This document shows positions 48,375 through 57,578 of a DNA stretch of 64,000 nt, in pieces. This DNA comes from Rhodoluna sp. (GTDB lineage: Bacteria > Actinomycetota > Actinomycetes > Actinomycetales > Microbacteriaceae): contig JAURKU010000006.1 of the NCBI GenBank assembly GCA_030831605.1, positions 7,704 to 71,703 of the forward strand, given 5' to 3'. The translations under genes were made by a program, and so were the position numbers. Within the stretch, counting starts at the first letter, position 1. Each line of letters opens with the position of its first letter. A model generated the notes under the pieces. It saw only the letters and a list, made by a program, of their open reading frames with translations, searched no databases and was not told the origin of the DNA.

Positions 48375-48875
48375 GTGCAAGAAATTCAGGATCAAACAGA
48401 GGCATTAAAGCAGGCTTTTAGAAGGCACGCATCCGGCGTCTGCCTGATAACACTAAATGACGGCGATGGAGGCCCTGTGGGCTTCACAGCGACCAGCGTA
48501 ACTTCACTCGGATCAACTCCTGCCCTAGCCACATTCAACGTTGCGCGCGGGGCCAGTAGCTGGACAGCACTAAAAAATGCCAAGTATGTGGCAATTTCTA
48601 TGCTTCACGAAAAATCAGTGGAGCTAGCCAAGAAAATGGCTGGCGATCACACTAAAAGATTCCTAGACAACGATTGGTTCCGCGAAACTAACCACCAACT
48701 ACCAATTTTCAATTTGGTAAATGCGGTTCTAATTTGTCGAGTTCGTGAATATCACGAGGTGGAAATGAATGCCGTATTTGTGGTCGATATTGAAAGTGGC
48801 TTACTGGCCGAAGAGTTCCCCAGTTTGCTCTACCACCAACGCGGCTATGTCGTCACCGGTGGAAGAATTGACTGA
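48375..48875 (+). CDS. Flavin reductase (DIM6/NTAB-like)
   Basis: AFRRHASGV, GFTATSVTSL, LLYHQRGY; GAAAAGG SD favours GTG 48375. Confidence 0.87.
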   Translation: MQEIQDQTEALKQAFRRHASGVCLITLNDGDGGPVGFTATSVTSLGSTPALATFNVARGASSWTALKNAKYVAISMLHEKSVELAKKMAGDHTKRFLDNDWFRETNHQLPIFNLVNAVLICRVREYHEVEMNAVFVVDIESGLLAEEFPSLLYHQRGYVVTGGRID

Positions 48876-51800
48876 GTTATCCGGTTGAGCTAAATCGAGA
48901 ACCCCTGTTCCAAAGTGTTGTTTTATTTCAGACATCAAATTTGCATCAACAAAAACTTTTTGCTTAAGTCGATACTCTTTCGATTCAGCAGCTGATTTTA
49001 GAAATAACATAACTTCTGTTTGCCCTGGATGTTTTGCCAGAATATTTGCTAGCAACTCCAAGTTGGATCTTGTCGATAAGTGTTCAGGAATAACCAATCG
49101 AAGGGGTCCACTATAGATCTTGTTTTCTCGATCTATTGCCCAAATTTCATTTACATTCAAACTGAAACCATCATCGCGCGGTCGCATTTTTCCCTTGATA
49201 GCAATGATTGAATCGACTTTCAGAATTTCCATGAAATCCGTATAGGTTCTGCTGAAAATCATGATGGTGGTTTCAGAATCTAAATCCTCTATGGTCAGAT
49301 TTGCATAAATGTTTCCACTCTTGCGAGCAGTCTTCACCTCTACTGATGTGATTAGCCCACTCAAGGTAACCTGTTCACTATCGACAAAATTAGTGCGAGC
49401 GTTGAATGACGCTATCGATTCGGTTGCCACCTGCCTAAGGCTCTCCTCCGCGCCACGCAGCGGGTGATCACTAAGGTAAAGTCCAAGCATTTCTCGCTCG
49501 AGTGAGAGAAGCTGCCGCTGAGGCCATTCAGCAAGGTTGGCGACCTTGATTGAGTTCTGCTCTTGCTCAAAATCGCCAAATAGATCCATTTCTCCGGAGT
49601 CTTTGGACTTCTTCTGTTTTAGCTCGTAATCGATTAAGTCTTCGTGCACCTCAAACAAGGCTCTGCGCGAGACACCGAAACTATCAAACGCACCAGCTTT
49701 GATAAGTGATTCAATCACTTTTCTGCTGCACACGCCTGCTGGCACCTTCTCCAGGAAATCCTGAAAGGACTCAAATTTGCCATGTTTATTTCGGGCTTCG
49801 ATGATTTCGGCCACGACACCCAGTCCAACGTTTCTAATTGCTTCTAGACCAAAGCGGATATCTTTATCGACGGCTTGGAAATCAGCAATCGAGTCGTTTA
49901 CATCCGGCGAAAGCACCTTGATGCCCGCTCTCCTGGCTTCGCTCAGATAGATGCCAAGTTTATCCCTGGAGCTTTTCACCGAAGTCAATAGTGCCGCCAT
50001 GTACTCCTGCGGGAAATTAGCCTTCATGTATGCAGTCCAATAGGACAGCACCCCGTAGGCGGCACTGTGCGCCTTATTGAAGGCGTAATCGGCAAAAGGT
50101 AGCAATGTCCCCCAAAGCTTCAGGATTGCCTCTTCGGAAAAACCGTTAGCTTTCATTCCGGCTGTGAAGTTCAGTAGTTGGGCGTCTAGTTCTTCCTTTT
50201 TCTTTTTACCCATCGCTCGCCGTAATTCATCCGCTTGCGCGAGCGAGAAATTAGCAACTTTTTGCGCGACAGCCATTACCTGCTCTTGGTAAACAATCAG
50301 TCCGTAGGTTGGATCGAGTATCTCGGCCAAATCACTCTCGAGTTCTGGGTGAACTGGATTGTTTTGCTCTTGGCCATTTTTTCGATAGGCGTATGAGGTG
50401 TGTGAACCCATACCCATCGGACCCGGACGATAAAGGGCAATTGCTGCGGAAATATGTTCAAATTTCGACGGCTTCAGGATTCTCAGCAAAGCTCTCATCT
50501 GTCCGCTATCTAGCTGAAAGACTCCGAGCGTATCGCCGCGGGAGATCATTTCATAGGTGAATTGATCGCCATCAAGGTCTAAATCTTCAAGTACAACATC
50601 AACGTTGCGGTTTGCTTTCGCGTTTCCAATCGCCTTATCCAATACCGTTAGGTTTCTAAGACCAAGAAAATCCATCTTTACTAGGCCAAGTTCTTCACAA
50701 GGGTGCTGAGCAAACGCGGTAATTATCGCCCCATCATCTTCTCTTCTGATAACTGGGATGACATCAAGAATTGGTTCAGAGGACATAATCACACCAGCAG
50801 CGTGAACGCTTGTTTGCCGCTTCAGGCCCTCTAACCCGCGAGCGAGTTCAAAGACTCGACGTGCTTCTGGATCCTCTTCCAGTATTTTTCTAAATTCGGC
50901 CGCTTCACGATATCTAGAATTTGAATCTTTCGGAGCATCCGGTGTAATTGCCTCAAACTCAATTGGATCCTCAACGAACTCGTCCTCTTGCTCTTCGTTT
51001 ACCTCAACTACAGGACGGGCGTTTGGATCAACTACCATCTCAGTAAGTGTCATGTCTTTACCAAGGACCATCCGTGGCATTGCCTTTGTCAGCTTCTCAC
51101 CTACCGCATAATCCATACCGAGCACTCGTGCGGCATCTTTCAAACTTTGCTTGGCCTTGATAGTTCCGTAGGTAATAATCTGAGCGACGCGATCATCGCC
51201 ATATTTTTGAGTGACGTAGCGGATTACCTCAGAACGACGACGGTCATCAAAGTCAACATCGATATCCGGCAGGCTCACGCGCGCCGGGTTTAGGAATCGC
51301 TCGAAGATTAGCCCATACTTAATCGGATCCAGAGCTGTGATACCAAGTGCGTAGGCAACTAGAGAACCGGCAGCAGACCCGCGGCCAGGTCCAACACGAA
51401 TGCCCTGTGCTCTGGCCCAGGCGATGAAATCTGCCACCACGAGGAAGTATCCAGAGAAGTTCATGTTCTTGATTACTTCTATCTCATAGTTCACTCGAGA
51501 TTGATATTCCGTCGGAACAGAATTTCCGAATCTCTCAGTTATCCCACGTCGAACTTCTGCCTCAAACCAGCTCGCCTCTGTCTGCCCTTCTGGAACGTCA
51601 AATTTAGGCATCAAATTACGTTTCTCAAATTTGATATCTGCTCTTTCGGCTACAAGCAGAGTATTGTCACAGGCTTCGGGGAAATCGCTAAACAGTTCGC
51701 GCATAGCCTTAGCGGATTTTAGATAATAACCAGAACCGTCGAATTTGAATCTTCGCTCGTCGGTTAGTTTTGTCCCGGTTTGAATGCAAAGTAGCGCTTC

Positions 51801-52496
51801 TTGTGCATCCGAGTGACCAGGCGAGGTGTAGTGCAAGTCATTGGTGGCTAGTAGCGGAATGCCAAGATCTTTGGAGAGTCGAATTAGTTCAGCGAAGGTT
51901 CTCTTCTCGACCGAAGCTCCGTGATCCATGATTTCGATGAAGTAGTTCTCTGCGCCGAAAATATCTCTAAACTCAGCTGCTGTTTCACGGGCCTTGTCGT
52001 ACTGACCGAGTCGTAATCTGGTCTGCACCTCTCCACCAGCGCAACCACTGGTTCCGATAATTCCCTTTGAGTACTGGGAGAGTAATTCACGATCCATGCG
52101 TGGTTGGAAGTAAAAACCTTCAAGCCAAGCTAGCGAAGATAACTTGAAAAGGTTAAACATGCTCTGGTTATCGGTCGAAAGCAGAGTTAGGTGTGAATAT
52201 GCGCCTTTGGATAAGTCGTCGTCACCACCATCCGCCCAAAGCGTCTTAGCCTTGTGGAAACGAGACCCTGGGGCTAAGTATGCCTCGATGCCGATAATCG
52301 GTTTAATGTGGCGCTTGGTTGCCTGCTCCCAAAAATCGAATGCACCAAAATTGTTGCCGTGATCGGTAATGGCAATCGCAGGCATCTTAAGTTCAACTGC
52401 TTTATCCAGTAATTCGGTGACCTTCGCCGCACCGTCAAGCATCGAATAATCGGTGTGAACGTGCAAGTGCACGAAATTATCGTTGCTACCGGTCAT
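48801..52496 (-). CDS. dnaE: DNA polymerase III alpha subunit (DnaE1)
   Basis: PHP HLHVHTDYS, GRGSAAGS, PDIDVDF, HAAGV, KMDFLGL, YAFNKAH; carries an acidic insertion. Confidence 0.97.
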   Translation of the reverse strand: MTGSNDNFVHLHVHTDYSMLDGAAKVTELLDKAVELKMPAIAITDHGNNFGAFDFWEQATKRHIKPIIGIEAYLAPGSRFHKAKTLWADGGDDDLSKGAYSHLTLLSTDNQSMFNLFKLSSLAWLEGFYFQPRMDRELLSQYSKGIIGTSGCAGGEVQTRLRLGQYDKARETAAEFRDIFGAENYFIEIMDHGASVEKRTFAELIRLSKDLGIPLLATNDLHYTSPGHSDAQEALLCIQTGTKLTDERRFKFDGSGYYLKSAKAMRELFSDFPEACDNTLLVAERADIKFEKRNLMPKFDVPEGQTEASWFEAEVRRGITERFGNSVPTEYQSRVNYEIEVIKNMNFSGYFLVVADFIAWARAQGIRVGPGRGSAAGSLVAYALGITALDPIKYGLIFERFLNPARVSLPDIDVDFDDRRRSEVIRYVTQKYGDDRVAQIITYGTIKAKQSLKDAARVLGMDYAVGEKLTKAMPRMVLGKDMTLTEMVVDPNARPVVEVNEEQEDEFVEDPIEFEAITPDAPKDSNSRYREAAEFRKILEEDPEARRVFELARGLEGLKRQTSVHAAGVIMSSEPILDVIPVIRREDDGAIITAFAQHPCEELGLVKMDFLGLRNLTVLDKAIGNAKANRNVDVVLEDLDLDGDQFTYEMISRGDTLGVFQLDSGQMRALLRILKPSKFEHISAAIALYRPGPMGMGSHTSYAYRKNGQEQNNPVHPELESDLAEILDPTYGLIVYQEQVMAVAQKVANFSLAQADELRRAMGKKKKEELDAQLLNFTAGMKANGFSEEAILKLWGTLLPFADYAFNKAHSAAYGVLSYWTAYMKANFPQEYMAALLTSVKSSRDKLGIYLSEARRAGIKVLSPDVNDSIADFQAVDKDIRFGLEAIRNVGLGVVAEIIEARNKHGKFESFQDFLEKVPAGVCSRKVIESLIKAGAFDSFGVSRRALFEVHEDLIDYELKQKKSKDSGEMDLFGDFEQEQNSIKVANLAEWPQRQLLSLEREMLGLYLSDHPLRGAEESLRQVATESIASFNARTNFVDSEQVTLSGLITSVEVKTARKSGNIYANLTIEDLDSETTIMIFSRTYTDFMEILKVDSIIAIKGKMRPRDDGFSLNVNEIWAIDRENKIYSGPLRLVIPEHLSTRSNLELLANILAKHPGQTEVMLFLKSAAESKEYRLKQKVFVDANLMSEIKQHFGTGVLDLAQPDNSVNSSTGDDIAALVVEQTGELFGQ

Positions 52497-52581
52497 TTTT
52501 TAGTGATCTTCATTGTTTTTAGCTCTTCGGGCAAATAGCCTACTTGCCAGCTCGGTCATATAATCTCGCCACTCCGAAAAT

Positions 52582-53511
52582 CTACTCGGACCTTAGTATC
52601 GCCAGTGAATTAGCCAAATCCGCAGGGTAACCGTCCGATTCAAAGCTGACATACTCACCTGCGGTCGGGTGAATAAAGCCCAACTTTAGGGCGTGCAGCC
52701 ACTGCCTTTTGAGTTGCAAATGAGCGGCTAGTTTTGGGTCGCAACCATAGAGAGTGTCCCCCACCAGCGGATGCTTAAACGCAGCCAAATGGACGCGGAT
52801 TTGATGGGTACGCCCTGTCTCAAGTTCCACCTCAAGAAGAGATGCGGCTTTAAAAGCCTCTAGCGTTTTGTAGTGGGTAACCGAGGGTTTTCCATCATTT
52901 GAAACTGTGAACTTATATTCGTGTTTGGTGTGCCGAGCAATTGGAGCATCAATTGTTCCTGAACTTGGATCTGGGTGGCCTTGGGCGAGTGCGTGGTAGG
53001 TCTTATCCACGGCTCGGTCTCGAAAGGCCTGCTTCATTCTGGAATAGGCAACTTCTGTTCTAGTGAGCACCATCAGGCCGCTGGTACCGACATCAAGGCG
53101 ACTGACGATACCCTGTCGCTCCGCAACCCCGCTGGTAGACATAGATATACCAAGGGCAAGCAGTGCTCCACCGACAGTAGGTCCAGACCAACCCACCGAT
53201 GGATGAGCTGCTACTCCTTCTGGTTTATCTACCACCACGATGTCTTTATCCAAGTGAACTATTTTTAAATCCGGAACTAATTCAGCAACCACTTCTAATG
53301 GCGGTTTCGGTTTAGGAAGTGTTATTTGCAGCCAAGCATCCCTGAGCAACAAATCAGATTTAGAAATTTCGATGTTGTTTTGCAAAACCAAGCCAGACTC
53401 GATTATCTCCGCTACCGAAGCACGAGATAAACCTAGAAGTTTAGCTATTCCGCTATCGGCGCGAACTCCAGCGATTCCTTCGGGAACTTGAATCAGACGC
53501 TGCTCTGTCAC
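52582..53511 (-). CDS. RluD-like pseudouridine synthase (RluA family)
   Basis: S4-like N-terminus, GIVSRLDVGTSG, LETGRTHQIRVH. Confidence 0.93.
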   Translation of the reverse strand: MTEQRLIQVPEGIAGVRADSGIAKLLGLSRASVAEIIESGLVLQNNIEISKSDLLLRDAWLQITLPKPKPPLEVVAELVPDLKIVHLDKDIVVVDKPEGVAAHPSVGWSGPTVGGALLALGISMSTSGVAERQGIVSRLDVGTSGLMVLTRTEVAYSRMKQAFRDRAVDKTYHALAQGHPDPSSGTIDAPIARHTKHEYKFTVSNDGKPSVTHYKTLEAFKAASLLEVELETGRTHQIRVHLAAFKHPLVGDTLYGCDPKLAAHLQLKRQWLHALKLGFIHPTAGEYVSFESDGYPADLANSLAILRSE

Positions 53512-54008
53512 TTCGAACCGCCAAGTCTTTCACCACGGATAAATCTGATGGCGATGATTACGGCTGTAATTGTTATTGCCATGTCTGCAATATTGAAAAT
53601 CGGGAAGTTGAAAGGTATCTGGATAAAGTCAACAACATGGCCATTGGGAAAGCCTGGGTATTTGGTTAAACGGTCAATCAAGTTCCCTACTACTCCGCCT
53701 AAAGCAAAACCACCAAGAATCAACCAAGACTTTGTCGTGAATCGTGGAACGAAATATAGGAGCGCTAGCGTGGCAAGCGATGAGGTCAATGTGAAAAACC
53801 AGGTGGAAGATCCGCCGAGAGAAAAAGCAGCACGATCGTTAAAAACCAAAGTTAGGCGTAAAACGTTGCCGAGCACCTCAACCGGCTCAAATGGCTTCAA
53901 AAATTGCAGCGCTAAGAGTTTAGTTAGCTGATCAAGGAATATGACAGAGAAGGCGGTACTGAGCGAAATTATTAACCCGCTGCGGCTGAACTTCCTCGGC
54001 TCTTTCAA
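53508..54008 (-). CDS. lspA: Lipoprotein signal peptidase II
   Basis: DQLTK, N..AAFS, GNLIDR, VVDF, FNIAD. Confidence 0.95.
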   Translation of the reverse strand: MKEPRKFSRSGLIISLSTAFSVIFLDQLTKLLALQFLKPFEPVEVLGNVLRLTLVFNDRAAFSLGGSSTWFFTLTSSLATLALLYFVPRFTTKSWLILGGFALGGVVGNLIDRLTKYPGFPNGHVVDFIQIPFNFPIFNIADMAITITAVIIAIRFIRGERLGGSK

Positions 54009-54013
54009 CTCAA

Positions 54014-54658
54014 TCAGATTTGGAAAGTGCTGTTAGTTATTGCCGTCGGTGAAGTAGGTGGCTTCGATGATGAGGCAGCTGCTTCAAGATCGCTCAATTG
54101 GCCTTCGATATAAGCCTTTAGTTTGGCGCGGTAATCTTTCTCGAAGGTTCTAAGCCTTTGGACATCGTTCTCAGCCAGAGCTTTCTCTTGTTCTAGTCGC
54201 TGCATGTCTGCCTTGTGCTGTGCCTCGGCTTCACGCACGATGCGAGCTGCGGTGGCGTGACCCTCAGCAATAAGGGCGTCGCGCTTTTGCAGGCCGTCCT
54301 TGACGTGCTCCTCATGTAGCTTTCTAGCAAGCTGTAGCAAGTTATTGGTGTTGTTTGATTCAAACACCGTCATGTCCGGAGCGGCCTCAGGGAAGGCGGT
54401 GTTCGGTGTCATTGACTCAGGAATAGATGCTTCTGCCTGGTTAAGTGACTGCAGGTTGCCACCGTTTCTCTGCAGCTCTGCGATACGTCCATCAGCGGCT
54501 AGAAGTCGCTGACGTAAGTCTTCGTTTTCTTGAGTAAGTCTTCTCATCTCGATGACTATTTCATCGAGAAAATCATCAACCTCGTCCTGATCATATCCTT
54601 CACGGAACTTGGTTGGTTGAAAACGCTTATTAACTACATCCTCTGGAGTTAAAGGCAT
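54014..54658 (-). CDS. divIVA: DivIVA/Wag31 polar growth protein
   Basis: MPLTPEDV..KRF...REGYDQDEVDDFLD followed by coiled coils. Confidence 0.94.
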   Translation of the reverse strand: MPLTPEDVVNKRFQPTKFREGYDQDEVDDFLDEIVIEMRRLTQENEDLRQRLLAADGRIAELQRNGGNLQSLNQAEASIPESMTPNTAFPEAAPDMTVFESNNTNNLLQLARKLHEEHVKDGLQKRDALIAEGHATAARIVREAEAQHKADMQRLEQEKALAENDVQRLRTFEKDYRAKLKAYIEGQLSDLEAAASSSKPPTSPTAITNSTFQI

Positions 54659-54749
54659 CGTTGACTCCTAAATATCTTTATTTTTCTAAAAGCGATAATG
54701 CTTAAGCCAGATACAAGGTTATCGCAAAAATCGCTAGCTTCTGATCCGC

Positions 54750-55025
54750 CTATACCCAGGCCCGAATTATGCCCAAAGCTATGAAAAGAACCAGAATAGA
54801 CAGGTCGAGGTATCCCCCGCCTATCCTTATGGGCTTTATCAACCTAGAAAGCGGCTTCACAATCCAGTCGGTGAGCATGAAAGAAACCTCTGCGATCACA
54901 AGAATTACGCCTTTGGGCTGAAAGCTTGGATTGAGAGCCCTAATCCACTCGATGAGCACCCGAGTCAATAAAATGATGCGGAAAATATCAATTGCCCAGC
55001 CGAGCAAATTACCGATTGCACCCAA
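54750..55025 (-). CDS. YggT family membrane protein
   Basis: TD....P..R.I.P.RIGG..LDLS pattern; between sepF and divIVA. Confidence 0.87.
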   Translation of the reverse strand: MGAIGNLLGWAIDIFRIILLTRVLIEWIRALNPSFQPKGVILVIAEVSFMLTDWIVKPLSRLIKPIRIGGGYLDLSILVLFIALGIIRAWV

Positions 55026-55036
55026 GCTAAATAGCC

Positions 55037-55462
55037 TTAAGGTCTAATGATGAGACGGTCATCGCCATCATCGTCATCTGAATGGTCTTCTTGTGCTTCG
55101 ACCTCGACGTGCTCTGGAGCCAAGAGGTAAACATCTTCAGCAGCTCTAGAGGACTGTGCAAGAAGTCCTGCCTTTAGACCTGCCATAAAATCTAGAAGTC
55201 TTGCCCTATCAGTGCTGGAGAGCTGACTAACGTTGACAATTACTGTGATGTTTTCTCGAAGAATGTCGGCGATCTGCATCGCGTCTGAATAGGAACTGAG
55301 CATCAGAGTTTCAATGCGGTGAGCCCCAGAGTTTCGGTTCGGACGTTGAATTCGGACGCGGTCAGGTTTACCAGCCGCAACAGGTTTTGTTGTACCGGTA
55401 GGTTTAGGTCCTTTAGCGGATACTGCAAAAACATCCTTTAACCAGTCAATTGCGCCGGCCAT
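55037..55462 (-). CDS. sepF: Cell division protein SepF (divergent)
   Basis: SYSDAMQIAD...VIVNV...RLLDFMAGL...VYLLAP; canonical position. Confidence 0.85.
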   Translation of the reverse strand: MAGAIDWLKDVFAVSAKGPKPTGTTKPVAAGKPDRVRIQRPNRNSGAHRIETLMLSSYSDAMQIADILRENITVIVNVSQLSSTDRARLLDFMAGLKAGLLAQSSRAAEDVYLLAPEHVEVEAQEDHSDDDDGDDRLIIRP

Positions 55463-55503
55463 GATTTCTCCTTAGAGTGCGTAAAACCTTCTATAAATCA
55501 AGG

Positions 55504-56193
55504 TTATTGGCGCTTACCTGTTATTGCGGTACCAACTCGTATGTGTGTCGCACCAAAACCTATGGCCATTTCGAAATCAGCGGACATGCCTGCTGAGATG
55601 AACCGAGCATCCGGGCTAATTGTTTGCAATATCTGGCTGGCCTTGGCAATCCTCTCAAAATCTGCCTCTGCTGGCCCATCTAGGCTGGCAACACCCATCA
55701 CCCCGAGAAGATCCAGCCGAGGGCTGGCTAGAACCTGTTCAGCGAATTCGGAAAGCTTGTCAGGATACAGGCCACCCCGATTTGGATCGTCAGTTAGATT
55801 CAACTCGATAAAAACTTTTAGGCGCTTTTGCTCATCGCGATCGAGTTGTTTATTTAACTCTTTGAGTAGCGACTCTCGATCCAAGGAATGCAGCACCGCG
55901 GCATAACTGAGCACTGATTTAGCTTTGTTGGATTGAAGTTGACCGACAAAGTGCCAGATTGGCTGAAACTGTGGGGCTATTTCTCTAACCTTTAAAGCCT
56001 TTGCTGATGCTTCCTGGTCCTTGTTCTCACCAAAGTTCTTTTGCCCGAGCTCTAAAAGACTTACTGCAAGCTCCGCAGGGTGATTCTTCGTAACGACAAT
56101 TAAGGTGATATCTTCAACTGCTCGATTGTGCTGGTTAGCCGCATTGGCTATCCGAGAATTGACCTCGCCTAGTCGTTCAGCGAGAGCCGACAT
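55504..56193 (-). CDS. yggS: YggS/PLPBP PLP homeostasis protein
   Basis: VVTK, FGEN..QE, WHFVGQLQSNK, SAGMS.DF, RVGTAI. Confidence 0.93.
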   Translation of the reverse strand: MSALAERLGEVNSRIANAANQHNRAVEDITLIVVTKNHPAELAVSLLELGQKNFGENKDQEASAKALKVREIAPQFQPIWHFVGQLQSNKAKSVLSYAAVLHSLDRESLLKELNKQLDRDEQKRLKVFIELNLTDDPNRGGLYPDKLSEFAEQVLASPRLDLLGVMGVASLDGPAEADFERIAKASQILQTISPDARFISAGMSADFEMAIGFGATHIRVGTAITGKRQ

Positions 56194-57434
56194 TAATCGG
56201 GGTTCTTGATGAAATCAGGAAAGTCAAAGCCGTCATCAAATTTCTTTGCCTCGCGACGACGGCCGAAGAAACTTGTCTCCCTGCGCTCTTGGATTGAGTC
56301 CACTGGATCTGGTACCACAGTCGGCTCTGGAATTGAAACCGTATCGGTAACCACAGGAACCGCTCCGGTTTGAGCTCCGAACCAATTGGTTTGAACTAAT
56401 GACTCTTCGACTACCGGTTCGGCAGCAACCGGGTCGACTTGAGCAGGAGCGAATGTCGTTTGACGAACGCTTGGACGAGGTGCTTGTTCGTCAAAGCCAG
56501 CCGCAATAACAGTAATTCTGATTTCATCCCCCAATGTGTTATCCACCGATGTTCCAAAAATGATATTTGCGGTTGGGTGAACTACCTCTTGAATTAGCTT
56601 TCCTGCTTGAGTAATTTCAGCAAGCTTCATGTTTGATGCTGCTGCGTAGTGCATCAAAACACCGCGAGCATTGTCGATACTGGATTCAAGCAGCGGGTGG
56701 TTGATAGCCTGTTCGGCAGCGCGCACCGCACGATCTTCTCCCTTGGCAGTTCCGATGCCCATCAGCGCGGTTCCAGCACCTTGCATAACGGCTTTCACAT
56801 CGGCAAAGTCCAAGTTGATCAAGCCTGGCTCGGTAATAAGATCTGAGATTCCCTGAACACCGGCGCGAAGAATGTCATCGGCCATTGCGAAGGCATCCAG
56901 CAAGATTAATTCATCGTCTTGCAATTCAACGAGTTTTTGATTTGGGACGACAATCAACGTATCTACTTCTTGACGAAGTGCTTCAATACCAGCCTGCGCA
57001 TTCTCGGCTCTGCGCTTACCTTCAAAATCAAATGGTCTAGTCACCACACCAACAGTTAATGCACCAGACTGCTTTGCGATACGAGCAACAATCGGTGCCG
57101 CTCCGGTTCCTGTTCCGCCACCTTCACCGGCTGCTACGAACACCATGTCAGCGCCACGAAGAACTTCGGCGATTTCATCCTCGTGTTCCTCGGCGGCCCT
57201 GCGTCCAACTTCAGGATCAGCACCAGCACCGAGGCTTCTCGAAGAATCGGTTCCAATTTCCAACTTCACATGAGCTTCAGATTTAAGTAAATCTTGTCCA
57301 TCGGTATTGATGGCAATGAACTCAACTCCGCGCAAACGCTTCTCGATCATCTGGTTGACCGCGTTGCCTCCAGCACCACCGACACCAACGACCTTGATGA
57401 CCGCTAAGAAGTTGCTTACTAATGGTTCTGACAT
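56193..57434 (-). CDS. ftsZ: Cell division protein FtsZ
   Basis: GGGTGTG, TRPF.FEG, INLDFADV, C-terminal FDFPDFIK peptide. Confidence 0.98.
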   Translation of the reverse strand: MSEPLVSNFLAVIKVVGVGGAGGNAVNQMIEKRLRGVEFIAINTDGQDLLKSEAHVKLEIGTDSSRSLGAGADPEVGRRAAEEHEDEIAEVLRGADMVFVAAGEGGGTGTGAAPIVARIAKQSGALTVGVVTRPFDFEGKRRAENAQAGIEALRQEVDTLIVVPNQKLVELQDDELILLDAFAMADDILRAGVQGISDLITEPGLINLDFADVKAVMQGAGTALMGIGTAKGEDRAVRAAEQAINHPLLESSIDNARGVLMHYAAASNMKLAEITQAGKLIQEVVHPTANIIFGTSVDNTLGDEIRITVIAAGFDEQAPRPSVRQTTFAPAQVDPVAAEPVVEESLVQTNWFGAQTGAVPVVTDTVSIPEPTVVPDPVDSIQERRETSFFGRRREAKKFDDGFDFPDFIKNPD

Positions 57435-57461
57435 TTAATCCTCCGTGTTACGTCACTTACC

Positions 57462-57489
57462 AAACCTTAAACCTCAACTTGAGGGTTAA
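57462..57489 (-). promoter_or_regulatory. FtsR-like (MerR-family) operator upstream of ftsZ
   Basis: Minus strand AACCCTCAAGTTGAGGTTTAAGG contains the dyad CCTCAA-G-TTGAGG and resembles the motif I recall upstream of actinobacterial ftsZ genes. Confidence 0.6.
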
Positions 57490-57578
57490 TTCAACTAGGT
57501 AAATGCTCTAGCGCCTAGAAACTAAAGGGTAAAAGGTGCTTTTTAGCGCTAATCCGTGGGCGTGTCTAAATGCTGTTT

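Noticed and set aside
50925-51035. Intein in DnaE
   Set aside because: Too short, and it lacks the C/S start and HN-C/S/T end.
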